Shown: positions 38,566 to 52,556, counted from the stretch's first letter. The stretch: DNA of 64,000 nt from Neocallimastix sp. 'constans' (GCA_050613775.1 JBODTK010000011.1:248001-312000), one strand, 5' to 3'. Notes: a model not told the origin generated them from the sequence alone. Made by a program: numbers and translations.

Positions 38566-41200
38566 ATTCATGACATTAATCCTTTACTTTAATGTATTTA
38601 TTTATTAATGTATTCACTTTTTATTTGTATCATTAATTAATGGTCTTTAAATAATAAATATTTTTATCGTATTATGTATTTAATTCAATTAAATATTAAG
38701 ATATATATCTTTATAACATTTTTTAGTACTAACGTTCATATCTATTTCCAAGTTTGACTTTATTTTCATTATTTCCATTTTCTAAACATGTTTTAAGATG
38801 ATCTTCAATACTATTTTGATTTGAGCCATATAAAACAAGAGATTTTCCACAAACTGGGCATTCAATTAATTCATCATCTGAAGAATTAGCAGGCTCTTCC
38901 ATTTTTTCCTGATCTGATACTAAAAGTTTATTACCATCAACAGCATTCAGTTTATTTTTTGTTAAATCTTTATAACATGATTTGCAAACTCTTGATGGTG
39001 GACTATTATTTCTTATTTTGAATTGATAATCAGAACATTTGGAACAAAAAACTTTCCCACAATATCTTTTATATATTTTTTATTTTTTAATTAATATATA
39101 AAAAATAATAATATAATATTATTTATTCATTATTAATATATTGGTAATTTATTAATATTTATGATTAGAGTATTTTATTAATTAAATCATAATTAATATA
39201 AAGTATTATTAAAAATATTATTATTGTTATTATTTACCTGCAATGATGTCTTCTATTAAATAATGAAAATTTTGATTTACAGTCATTACAAATTGGGGCA
39301 TTTTCATCTCTTTCCCATTGGGCATTTGGTGATAACAAACTTTCAGATGAAGAAGAATAATTCATTATATTTCCTATTGTTCTAATATTTGGATTTATAT
39401 TTTTATTTTTTTCTTGATTATTATTACTATTATTTTTTAATTTACTCAATTTTGCTTTCAGATATTCAGCTTTTTCCAAATAATTTTCTATTTGTTTTGA
39501 CATTTCTTTTGATTCTGTTAATTTTTTTTCTTTATTAATTAAAGTATATAATTAGTTATTATTCAATATTATCCAATATTATTGGATTTATATTATAATT
39601 TTATTAAATTTTATTTTATAATAATTTGATTATTTTTATAACATTTAACTTCTTATAATATGTATATTTACCTTTATTTTTATTTAATAAATACTCAATA
39701 GCTTTAGTATACTTTTGAAATTGACTTTCTATGATATTTATATTAACTTCATTCTTTGAAATATATTCCCACGAATATTCTTCTTCATTGACTATATTTC
39801 TTGCTTCTAGTAGATACTGACTTACTTGTGAGTTTATTGAATTTTTATTTGTTTCATTTTCATTTTCCATTGGTTTTTTTCCTTTAGGATCATTGGTACT
39901 ATTATTAGTATTATTATTGTCATTATTACTATCATTTGTAGTTCTTTTATCATTCATAATTATTAAATTGTTACTATTGTTATTATTGAGTTTATTAGCA
40001 TTATTATTACTACTACTTGCTGATGCATCAACATAAACATTTGGATTTGTATTTGGTGATATGTTAATATATTTTCTCTTTCGAATACGAATCCAAATTC
40101 TTCTTCTCACACAACCCCCAATTGATGATAAACCTTTTATTGGTTCACTACTCCACATTTCCGGTTTATCTTCAAAACTTTTTGCATATTGCCATCCATC
40201 ATTTTTATTAACTTTAGGACTTTTATAATCAATAGCCCAATCAGTCATCCAGAACCATCCATTACTATTATTAGATTTAGGAAGTTTAATATCTTCTTTA
40301 TTACAAGGAGTACCATACTTATTACTCCAAGGACCACATTTATCTGTTTTTAGAAGATTTTCGCTTGAAAAATTATTAATCGATAGTACTGATGAACGTT
40401 GATTTTCAAAAATCATTTCCGTTACTGTATTATGTGTAATTGCCTCACCTTCATTAGATTTAAAAATTAAAATTTAAAATTTAAAATATTAATTTTATAT
40501 TTTTGTTAATGAAATGTATAATATTTAGTTTTAATTAAATAAAATTTCATATTGACTTTTTTTATATATATATATATATATATACAAATTAAATTTAATT
40601 CTAATATTCTATTTTTTTTTTAAAAATATATATATATAATATACAATCTATAATATTATTAAATAAATAAATATTTATAATTTTTTTATTTATATTTTAT
40701 AAACTTACTTAAATTATTTTTCTTTATGTATTCTTTTTCATAATTTTCTAATATAGCACAAATGTAATATTCATTATTTTGTGCTGCTATATCATATGCG
40801 GTTTCTCCAAGATTGTTTTTCAATAAAGGATTAACATTTGTCATAATCAATAACTGTACAATATCTATATATCCTTTTGAACTAGCAATCACTATTAATA
40901 TAAATTAAATAAAAATAAATTTTTTTTAATTATTATTTTTTAATTTCATTTAATTATATATATTTATATATATTTCCATAAAAAAAATTACTTAGAGGGG
41001 TTTGGCCTGTAACATTCTGACAATTAATATCAGCCTCAGAATTAATAAGAAATTGAACAATATCTAAAAAGCCACGACTACAAGCATTATGTAATGAGGA
41101 CCATCCCTCACGATCTTTATAATCTACATTTGCATTTTTCATTTTTAAATATTGAACTATATTTTTATGTCCATTATAAGCTGCTTTTAATAATGGAGTC

Positions 41201-41231
<31 letters not shown>

Positions 41232-41687
41232 ATGATTATTAAACATGGCATTTCAAAATTATTAATTTATTCTTTAAATATAACTTTTTATTTATTAAAA
41301 AAACACTGAATTAATATTAACATCATTAATATAATATTAATTTTATATATTTACTTCTTTTTCATTATCAATAATATCAACTAAAGCATTTTGTTCTTCT
41401 ACTAAATATTTTACAATTTCATAATGTCCTTTAATTGAAGCAATATGTAAAGGGTATAAACCACTTGGTGTTCTTATCTGATTAATAACATTCTTAAATT
41501 TAGGAAAAAATTTTTTAACTAATGATAAATCTCCAGTTTTTATTGCTGAAAAAAGAGAATCATTAGTTAATATTAATAAACTTGATGTAATATTAGAATA
41601 TTGTAAGTGATAGTTTCCATAATATTCATGTTGAATTCCTGGTAAACATGGTGTTACAAATTCAGGAATTTCCAATTGTTTTTCCAT
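37550..41687 (-). CDS. Ankyrin + DysF + MIT-like + FYVE + Zn-finger + RING-H2 protein (Pib1-like E3 ligase with extended N-terminus)
   Basis: Ankyrin repeats: GLYPLHIAS, GWSSLHNACSRG, GQTPL, GETAYDIA. DysF: FENQR...W.WMTDW.ID...DGWQYA..F...VRRRIWIRIR. FYVE: WERD..C..C...RRHHCRYCGKVFC..C..RVC. Small Zn finger: CPVC..H..TC. RING: CPICFEEF...CLCIFHKECIDKW...CPIH. Confidence 0.88.
38050..38240. repeat. Three ~63-bp tandem units in an intron (dispersed family)
   Basis: ATTCAATCTGTACTTTATATTT..CAATTATTTATTTCATTTTATTT occurs three times, at about 38058, 38121 and 38185. Confidence 0.8.
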
Positions 41688-42005
41688 CTTCAAAAATAAT
41701 AGAATATATTTATTTTAAATTAATTATTTTAACTATATTTACTAATAATATTTTGTCTTATGAATTACAATTGAAATTTCTTTATAGAGAAAGTTTAAAA
41801 CGTTAATCTTTTTTTTTATTTTATTTAATTTGTTTTTTTATAAGAAAAATATTAATATTTTTTATATATATATACATATATATTTTTATATTCTTTATTT
41901 TCTTTATATTTATTGAAATATAATATCAAATAAAATGCTTAATTATTTTGTTTTTTGTTAATTTAAACTATATTTATAGTAAAATTTTAATTAATATGAA
42001 ATTAG

Positions 42006-42990
42006 TGTTAAAAATAAAGTTAAACATAGTTTATTTTATATATATTTTTTTAATTAATACTTTAAGTAAATAAATAAGATTTGTGGCTTGTTTTACTAGA
42101 ATTTTATGTAATGTTTTGTGCTTTATTTATATTAAAATGTTAAAATGTTAACTTAAAAATTAAAAATAATTCATGTAATAAAAAAAAATCTTTAATAAAT
42201 AAAATAAAAGTTTATTAAAAAAGAAAAATATTAAAATATCAAGAGTCTCATTGACTCTGTATTTTAAAGAAAAAAAAATATAATTAAAAAGACAGGAAAT
42301 ATTACAGCCACGAAAGATTTGTTAATGACAAATAATTATAGATCAACTGGTTTCATTTTTAAAACGAACACAGGATCTACCTCATGATATTCAAAATTAC
42401 AACATTGTGTTTCTGTTTCTACCACCGAAAGTGGACAATTAAGATGCAATATTTAATAGTGAAAACAAAACAATAAATCCTAAATCCAGACATATAGAAA
42501 TATAGACATAAAATATCATAATATAAGGGAACTTATATAAAAAAAATAAAATAAAATTAAATTATATAAAATCTGAAAATAATTTAGCCAATGGTTTCAC
42601 AATATATTTAAATACAAATTTATTTAATAAATTCAAAGAATCTATCTTTGTAAAATTTAGATAAAATCAAACTTTAGGAGGAATGTTTAAAATTAAAGTT
42701 TAACTTATTATATTTTTTTTTAGCATTCTTTCTGAAGTTTGGTTTTATCAAAAATTTTAATAAAAAAATTTGAATAAAGTTTAACTTTTTATAATTTATT
42801 TAATTTTTTTTTTTTTTTTTTGATTAATATCTTATGTAAATAAGTAACATCAGTGGCTTAAATTACTAGAATTTTATGTAATGTTTTATGTTTTAATTAA
42901 AATGTAATTTGTAGAATATAAATAATTCATGTAATTAAAAGTAACACTTTAATACATAAATAGTTCATTAAAAAACGAAAAATACTAAAA
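42006..42990 (+). mobile_element. Internally deleted Ty1/copia LTR retrotransposon remnant
   Basis: Degraded copia RNase H (SVSTTES; DIKYHNIRELI..IKLNYIKSENNLANGFT) at about 42300-42660. Purine tract AGGAGGAA, then TGTT at 42684. Diverged LTR-like copies share TACTAGAATTTTATGTAATGTTTT and AATAATTCATGTAAT. Confidence 0.78.
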
Positions 42991-43594
42991 TATTTATAGT
43001 AAAAATTTAATTAATATGAAATTAGTTAGTATAATTTAAAAAATTAAATAATTTTTATATGGAAAAATTAAACAACTTATATATGGAATAATTAAACAAT
43101 TTATTCTAATAATTTATTTTTTAAAATCATTTTTAAAATTTTTAACTAAATTATTTTATAAAAAAAAATAATTAAAAAAGAAAAAAAAAAATAATAAAAA
43201 TATTCAACAAAAACAATAAAAGTATAAAGAAGGAAGTTTATAATTTATATAATTTTTTTTATTAGTTTTAACATTTTTATATTAATTTACTATATTATAA
43301 TAATATATTATATAAAATTAAAATTAATGATAATTAAAATTGTTTAAAGGAAACAAAATTTTAATTAAAATTTAAAATGAAAGAAATTCTAATATTTTTA
43401 GTATATGAAAAAAATATTTATTATATATTTTTCAATTGATATCAAAATAGTTTTTATAAATATTGATATATTTAATAAACTAAATATATAAGGTATTTGG
43501 CTAGATAAAATAGTAAATATAAAATTTTTAGTGAGGAATTTTTTTTTTTTTATTTCAGATGTGTACCACCCTTGGTTTCATACCCCCCCCCCTC

Positions 43595-43745
43595 AGGAGC
43601 AGTTGTATAAGTTTGGTTTAAACTTACGGTAGTAGCCCACTATGCCTAGAAAAGACCTTAGTTTACTCACATCGGTTGGAGGGTCCCAATTTTTAATTGC
43701 TTCCACTTTCGTCATTCCAGGCTTGATTCCATTAAGAGTAGCAGG
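43595..43745 (-). mobile_element. Ty3/gypsy reverse transcriptase fragment
   Basis: The minus strand reads NGIKPGMTKVEAIKNWDPPTDVSKLRSFLGIVGYYRKF, the typical gypsy RT thumb/connection region. Confidence 0.85.
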
Positions 43746-44635
43746 GAATATTGAAGTAGTTACACATTTCTTTTTAATAAAGGCATTTATTGAAAATTAT
43801 TATTTTAATTAATATTTGTGTTTATTAATAAATTTAAAGTACATTACAAATTATTATTCAAAAGTATTTTTTGAAAAATAAATTGTCTTTATTAATTTTT
43901 TTTTTTTTAATTATTATTATTATTGATTCAAAACAAATTATTGATATTACAAGCAAATTTTTAATTTATATTCTTTTTTATTTAAATCATTATAAATTGA
44001 TTAAGATAGTTAATAAAATATTTATTGACATAATTCATAATCCTTTAAAATAAATTAATAAAATTCGTATTAATATATAATTATCAATTAAATGTGTAAA
44101 AATATGAAAAATTCTAAAGATTTTTTAGTTTCATTGTTGTATTCATTAACTAATTTAAATTTTATTAAAAAAAAAACTTTATAAATATATATGTTACGAT
44201 TTAATAATTTTATCTATAAATAAAAAATAATACAAAAAAAAAAAAAGATTTCCTTAATTATCAAAACAATATTATGTAAAATATATAACAATCATTACAA
44301 AAGATAAAATAATTTAACAACAAATGATTTTAATTCAGGTATAAGACAAATTATTAATAATATCTTATTATATTGATTTTTTCATTTATATTTCATAAGC
44401 AATAAAAAAAAAAAATTTAAATCATAACTAATAATGAATTTAATTTTATCGATTTTTTAATATTATTTATACTAATGCAATTATAGTTTTATATCTTTAT
44501 TATTATTAAAAAAATAATAATATATTTTAATTTTAATAATTTATTATTAATTTTTTTAATAATAATAATTATAGTTATTAATTTCAATTTAATAGATCAA
44601 TCATTATTTTTTTATATGAAAATTTTGATAATAGA

Positions 44636-44667
<32 letters not shown>

Positions 44668-45069
44668 TAAAATTATAATATATATATTAATTAAAATATA
44701 ATGGTTGAATATAGAACAGACTAAAAATTAATTATTTTTATTATGTTTTATTTGAAATTAGAGGAGCAAAATAAATCTTATTATTTGATATTTTAACACA
44801 ATTAAGTAATTGAAAATTTTGTTTCAAGAATTAATAATAAAATGAAATATTTAAAAAAAAAATTTTTTTATTGTATTAATATTGAATAAATTTTGCTGGA
44901 TTATATAAAAATTATTTAAAAAATAAAAGAAAAAAAAAATAATAATAATAATAATTATTATTTAACAATTATAAAATAAAATAATTAGCTGTAAAATTCA
45001 TTCATACGTAATTTTACATAAAATATATATATTTATATATATATTTTAAGAAAAATATTTTATGAAAAG

Positions 45070-48000
45070 ATGAAACTACACATAAATATATTTAAAATTA
45101 TATATTATTATATATATATATGTACAAATTTAAATATTAAAATTTTTCATTATATAGATAAAAATTATTAATAATTTTCAAAAAGTATTTATTTTAACTA
45201 ATTAAAGTATTTTTTCTTCTTATTATTCAATGATAATATTTAAATACAATATTAGATATAGATACTATCAATGCTGTAGTAATAAATGCACTTGCCTTTT
45301 CTAAAAATGGTGGAAATTTATTGTATTCACCTTGTGTTAATGATTTTAATGAATATGCCAAAGAAAATAATTTAAATATTACACTTCAACTAAATTTATT
45401 TTCTGAGTTAAATTCTACAGCAACTGTCAGAGATTATGAAACCTCAATAGATTCACTTTTTCAAAGAAAATCTTCTAAATATGACTTAATATTTTATGAT
45501 AATATTTATTCCAAAAGATTTGGATCACATTTAATAAACTTAAATGATATTTTAAGTAAAGATCATATTGACATGTATATGGAGGGTGTTGCATCTCAAA
45601 CTTGCTTTTATGAAAATAAATTAGTTGGACTTGTAATTACATTATATATTATATACAGTACAACATTTTTACTATAATATATATATATTTTTTTTTCTTT
45701 TTTTTACATGGATTATTATATTAATAAATAATTATTTATTATTATTATATTGATTAAGCCATTGACAGTAGATATTACTGTTTTATATTATAATCAAAAA
45801 TATTTGTATGAATATAATAAAGAAGTACCTAAAACATGGGATGAATTAATAGATACTGGAAAATTCATTTTAGATGAGGAAATAAAAAAAAACAACACTG
45901 AATTCATTGCATATAATGGATTATTTAGTAGTAAATAGAATATCATTAAAACTTGTTATTTTAAATTATATTACATGAAATAATTATTAAAAAAATAAAA
46001 ATCAGTGCAATTAATTAATATTAAATTAAAAAAAAAAAATTAAATTAAATTAATAATAATAATAACTGTATCGATAACAATAAATAATAATTATTACATA
46101 ATAATATATAAATATATAATAATTTTAGCATTTGAAATAGGCATTTGTTCATTATATGAATTTATTTATTCTTTCAGGAATTCTGTTGAGTCACCTTTTC
46201 CTGAAATAACGAGTCAAGAAGCAGTTAATGCACTGGAAAAAATAAAAGAAATAAAAGAAACAATTGCATCTGGTATTAATATAATATAATAATATATATA
46301 TATATATATATACGAATCTTAAATTATTTATTTAACATTAATATATATATATATGTGTGTAAATATGAATGAAAAGATCTAATATTTAGTTCACATGAAG
46401 ATTTTACCAAAAAAAAAATTTCTGATGGAAATTTTTTATTTTTAAAATTTTGGCATCAACCTGAATATGAGAAAGGTTATTCTATTACTCCATTACCAGG
46501 AAATAAAAAAGGTATTTCTGGTACAACAGTGGGAGGTCATAATTTAGGAATTAGTATGTATTCCTCATTAGATAAAAGGTCTGAAGCAATTACAGTTTTT
46601 AAATATTTAACCTCTATTGAAATGCAAAGAAATTATATAGCAAAAAATAATTATTTTTCACCAATACCTAGATTATATAATGAAAAAGAGGTATGTGATA
46701 TTGTTGATTGTGATTTTTTTAAAAATATTCAGTTAATAGCAAGACCAACTTCAAAAACTGATGATTATATTTCCTATGCTAAAAAATTTAAAACTTACAT
46801 TTATGAATTTTTATATGGGAATACCTCAGCATTAGATGCATTAAAAAAAGTTGATAATATTACAAAAGTTTATTCAGTACAATTAAATATTCATGATTCC
46901 TACATTGGTGTAATCCTTTTAGTAGTAACATTAATTTTTTCATTTTTGTTTTTAGGATCGTTAATATTTCTTTATATTAATAAATTTAAATCAGTTTTCA
47001 AATTTTTACCTAATGATTTTTGGTTTTTGATGATATTTGGATATATTTTAATGATATCTGTATTTTTCGTAGAAATTGGTGAAGTAACATGTATGAAATG
47101 CCATATTAAAGTATTAATCCTTTCGTTTAGTTTTACATTATTTTTAATACCAATATTATATAAATTAATTGTATGTTTTCCTGAAGAAAATAATGTAGTT
47201 TCAAAATGGGTTAATTCACATAAATACTATATTCTATTATTTTTTATGACATTAGATTTAATATTATGGGGGCTTATGTTTATAACACCATATACAGTGG
47301 AAAAAGAAACATTTAATGAAGGAAAGACCTATCAAATATGTAACATGAAAAATCTATTTGGGCGAATAATAATATGTTTTATCTATTTTTATAAAATATT
47401 AATTTTTTTGACAATATTTTTTTTAATATTTATTGAATGGAATCTTAAAATTTTGCATTATGATATACGATTTTTGGACATAGCATTTTATATTGATTCT
47501 TTAATAATTCTAACATTTATAATAATATCCTTGATTAAGTTTGATGATTATACCTTTTATTTTGTAATAAAGGAAATTTTAAATATTACATTTGCAACTA
47601 ACAACTATAATTTAATATATGGATTTAGAATTATTTGGGGATTAATGAAAAAAAAGCATAAAGAGAAGTCAGTTGATGATCTAGTTAATGATCTTTTAAA
47701 AATAGCTGATCGACAAGATAATAATTTTAATATTAACTTCAACAATAACAATAACAATAATAATAATATTAATGTTAATGTTAATTATAATAATAATTTT
47801 AATATTAATATTAATAATAATAATAATGATAATAATAATAATAATAATAATATTAATATTAATAATAATATTAATAATAATGACTCTAATGTAAGTATAG
47901 CGGATTTATGTGATGATTCTCATGCAAATATTATAGCAGGTAAACCAGAAGATAATCGAAAAGCTTCAATCATTTCAATAATGTCTCAAAGAATTATAAA

Positions 48001-48085
48001 TTATCATTATAAAACAAGTTTAGAAAATATAAGTAATATAGAGGAGTCCGATATTACATTTATATTGAAATCAAATATAAACTGA
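45070..48085 (+). CDS. 7TM (class C GPCR-like) receptor with N-terminal extracellular solute/sugar-binding protein domain
   Basis: Signal-peptide-like first exon (MKLHINIFKIIYYYIY). SBP family 1-like motifs: YDLIFYDNIY..FGSHLINL, KLVGLPLTVDITVLYYN..L..YNKEVPKTWDELI, LPG..G...VGG..LGI, A..FKYLTS.EMQ, RP. About seven hydrophobic helices and an Asn-rich tail follow in exon 46378-48085. Confidence 0.85.
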
Positions 48086-48639
48086 TGTTTCTATATATAA
48101 TTAATTAATTTGTACTTTAATTTTATAAATAAATTTTTATATATGCTAGATTATAAAAAAAATTGAATATATACAATTTTATAATATATTCATATATCAC
48201 AAATAAAAACTTAAAATGTTACTTTAAATTATTATTAATATATGATAATTTTTTTTTATTCATGAACTTTTAATTTTTCGTTTTTTAATATATATATTTT
48301 CATTATTTTGTAAAAAAAGATAATATGATTATATAATTTATTAAAAAAAATAGATAGAAAAATTTTATTTTATAATTCGAATAGTGATGAATAAAAAAAA
48401 ATTAAATAATATATATAATTAAATACTTATATATAATAATTATCCAAAATTTAAATTATCCAAAATTTTAATAATTAGCAGTATATATAAGTCTGTCGTT
48501 TTGTCTATTCCCAAATGGTCTGTGTATTCCAAGTTGTGATTCGATCTTATTATTAATTACCTAAATAAAGCATGGATACATACCTCTTCAGTTTTTTTTT
48601 TTCCTTAATAGAAGACTATTTACTTCTAGTCAATGCTTC

Positions 48640-49900
48640 TGGTTGTAGTTGGTTTCTATTACTTTCAGCTAAATCTTGAATTATTTCCTGAGCAATTTTA
48701 TCTTATCGGTAGGCCTGCTTGATATCATCCACGAAGTTAGTAGCTATGGCTAAGTAGCTGGTTTCCCTGTCAATTTCATTAAATCTTACCATCTGGTCAG
48801 GCGTTAGCAGACTATTCTTTATCAAAGTTCTTACCCTTTGTCCTCTCAATCTCTACTATTGAGAAGGAATCAGCTTTACCATTTATTTTCCAAGTTCTAT
48901 AAACTATCCCAAACCGGTATGTGGCAAACAATTCTTGACACCTGATTTGCCAAGGAGTTAGCAATTGTGGTTTAGTAGCGAACAATAAATTCCTGTGATC
49001 GCTAGAAATGATGATCTTATGCTTCGTACTTTAAAGCAAGTGTCACTATTCTCTAAACGCAGCTTTAATGCCTAGTAATTCTTTCTCATTAATCGAATAA
49101 TTTAACTCAGCCTTACTGAGTATTTTCGAATAGTAGTAAATCACGTAAAGGGTCCCGTTGTCTTCTTTTTACGACAATACACCTTTTATGGGGTAATTAC
49201 TAGGATCTTGTATCAGGAGTGTCGTCTTTGGGATCAGGTTATTATGGCTTGTGCGGGAGTTCTTGAAATAATTAGGTTTAATTCATGGTCTCACACTAAA
49301 ATCTCTTCATTTACCATTGTTGTTGTTTTCTTTCTTTTTTTTTTCTAAGTACAGGCGTCTAGTAGAATCTTTCCTCTCCAAATACTTCCTATCGCATTGG
49401 GATTTAGACATATTAAAGTAACCTACAAGAATATAAGGAGTATTAATATGTTTCTTCCAGAACTTGCTGGTGAATTGGACTCCGCGGGCGGTGGTAATAA
49501 TTAGTGGTAATCCGTTCAGTTTAAAAATATTGTGTAGGTATGCAGAGACAGTTTCAGCTGGATTTGTATCGATTATTCTTCATTTTGGCACAAATTTCAC
49601 AGGATTGTACATAATCAGCTACTTCTTTTTTCAAGTTTGGCCAGGTATACTAGCGGCGTATTAGTTCGTAGGTTCTTTTGATACCTAAATGACCAGCAGT
49701 TTCATCATTATGGTTTAAATTTCATGATGGTTTTCCTTAAATATAGGGGGGACATATACCTTCCCTTCCCTCTCTAAAATAACCCCATCTTCAGGGAACC
49801 AATTGTCCATAATAGTTTTGTCCTTAGAGGCCAGAATATCTTGGGCAAAGTTATCTTGTAAGTAACCCTGCTTAATATCGTCATTGTATATGAATATTTT
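48640..49900 (-). mobile_element. Ty3/gypsy pol remnants (RNase H and integrase fragments)
   Basis: RNase H: YYSKILSKAELNYSINEKELLGI, SDHRNLLF, NGKAD. Integrase: AGHLGIKRTYELIRR..WPNLKKEVADYVQSCEIC and NGLP.II..RGVQFTSKFW. Stops and frameshifts throughout. Confidence 0.85.
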
Positions 49901-50189
49901 TCTTAACTTATTTTTACTCTTCATTTTAAATATTACTTTTATTTTACATTACTATTTAAAATATTATTATGATTTAATTGGACATATAATATTTATTTTT
50001 TTATTAATACTACTTTTTTTAAAAATCAAAAAATATTCATCCAATCAATGAATGAATAGATAAATATAATTAAAGTTCATAATAATTACCACCGAAAAAA
50101 GAACAATCATTAGATTTTAAGTCTGACAATGATGCTCCTTTTATCCTATTAGAGTACATGAATTTTTTTTATAATAAAAATTTTGTGTT

Positions 50190-50700
50190 AACCAGGAAAG
50201 ACCGCTTATAAGAAACTGTGAAAAAGTGGTATCAAATGAGTGAGATATTTAAGCAACATGATAACCCGCAACCACAAAAATTAATGGATAGGTTGCAACA
50301 AGAGTTTAAGAGTGAGCGAACTCTAGAGGAGGTAAAGACTGGGATGATGCTAAAGCTTAGTCGTGATTGAGGAAAGGTATGAATACCTCGTTGAGTTCAA
50401 TATATTAAGTAGGATTCTGCAGCTCACTTACGAAACGAAAAAATTGCTGATAATGCAGCAAGTAAGACCTTTAATTAGGGAAGCTTTCTATGACTTACCT
50501 GCTGAGAAACAGACACTAGATTGTTATATTGAATGTTAAAGGTGTGATACCTTCCCAATTAATTATAAGGATGAATTCTTGGTGAAATAAGAGTACAACC
50601 GAAAGCAAAAGATAGCCAGTATGGTTTTATTAGGAATGATTGATCCAAGAAAACACTCAAAGGATATTTGAAGCCAAAAGAAGGGAGGAACAATTATAAT
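50190..50700 (+). mobile_element. Probable retrotransposon gag remnant
   Basis: Locally raised GC and a broken helical frame (LMDRLQQEFKSERTLEE..YLVEFNILSRILQL..VRPLIREAF) resembling gypsy capsid. Confidence 0.5.
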
Positions 50701-50754
50701 CTCCAATTAGAAAGTTTACTTAATATATCATCTTATCACATGGGCTCGGAATGG

Positions 50755-51168
50755 TATATTATAGAGGATTAAATTAATTTATGTATATACTATTTATTTT
50801 AATACATTCATATTTAATTTAATAACTGTAAAAATAAAATAAAAAGTAAAAAATGATAAATATTAATGACTCTAAAATTGACTAAACCTCCAAATATTGT
50901 ATTTTTCAAACTATTTTATTAAATATTCGTTTGGTATTTATTTAACTATTTAAAAATCATCAATAATAGAAAATTATATTATAGAGAATTAAATTAATTT
51001 GTGTATTTACTATTTATTTTAATACATTCATATTTAATTTAATAACTGTAAAAATAAAATAAATAGTAAAAAATGATAAATATTAATGACTCTAAAATTG
51101 ACTAAACCTCCAAATATTGTATTTTCAAGCTATTTTATAAAATATTCGTTTGGTATTAATTTAACTAA
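50755..51168. repeat. 220-bp period tandem duplication
   Basis: The block ATAGAG(G/A)ATTAAATTAATTT...GACTAAACCTCCAAATATTG...CGTTTGGTATT starts at both 50761 and 50981. Confidence 0.9.
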
Positions 51169-51486
51169 ATATAAAAATTCTAAGAAAATTACGTTAAATA
51201 GAAGAAAATTTCAATAAAGATATTAATACTTTAAAATATAAATTTTCTATTATTAATATATAAAATAAAAAAGCTTAGAGAATATAATATATATTATATT
51301 AAAATTATTAATATAATATTTACGATTATATATTGCTTAATTACTGAAAAAAAAAAAAAAAAATTTACGTTAAACATAAAGTTTATATTATTATTTTGTA
51401 ATATTGTTATTTAGGTGTTATGCAACGTTTAACATGAGAAATTTTTTAAATTTTATTTTTTAATATTTTATACCAACAAATACTAT

Positions 51487-51593
<107 letters not shown>

Positions 51594-52039
51594 TCTATTT
51601 TTTTATTTATTTATTTATTTTTTATTTATTTATTTATTTATTTAATAAAATTATCAAAATTCAGTTAAATTTATTGGATAATTAACATTTATTTTAATAT
51701 AAAGTTTTATAAAAAAGTTTGATAAAAAAATTTTTACAGAAAGGTTTTAAATCTTTTTTGATAATATTTCTTGAACTTTTTTAATACATATCAAAAACAT
51801 TTATAATTTTATTTTATTTTATTTTATTTTATTCAATCTGTACTTTATATTCATATTCTACTATTTATTTTATTTTATTTTATTTTATTTACTATTTCTT
51901 CTTATTTTTCATTTTTTTTTAATATATATTTCATTATATTATATAGTAATATTAATAATATTAACAAATATTATAAAAATTTGTTCATTTTCATATAATA
52001 AAAAATAATTCTAATAAAAAAATAAATGATAAAAAGATG

Positions 52040-52556
52040 TATTTATTAATAAATAATAAATAATAAAAAGAGTATTTATTAATAAATAATAAATAATAAA
52101 TAATAAATAATAAATAATAAAGAGTATTTATTAATAAATAATAAATAATAAATAATAAAGAGTATTTATTAATAAATAATAAATAATAAATAATAAAAAG
52201 AGTATTTATTAATAAATAATAAATAATAAATAATAAATAATAAAGAGTATTTGTTAATAAATAATAAATAATAAATAATAAATAATAATAAAAAGAGTAT
52301 TTATTAATAAATAATAAATAATAAATAATAAAAAGAGTATTTATTAATAAATAATAAATAATAAAAAGAGTATTTATTAATAATTAAATAAATAATAAAT
52401 AATAAAAAGAGTATTTATTAATAAATAATAAATAATATAAAGAAGTTTATTTATTAATAAATAGATAAATAATAAAAAAAAAGAGTATTTATTAATAAAT
52501 AGATAAATAATAAAAAAAAAGAGTATTTATTAATAAATAATAAATAATAAATAATT
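52040..52556. repeat. Second array of the (AATAAAT)n / AAAGAGTATTTATT satellite
   Basis: Same core and same variant unit as the array at 13866-15303. Confidence 0.9.
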
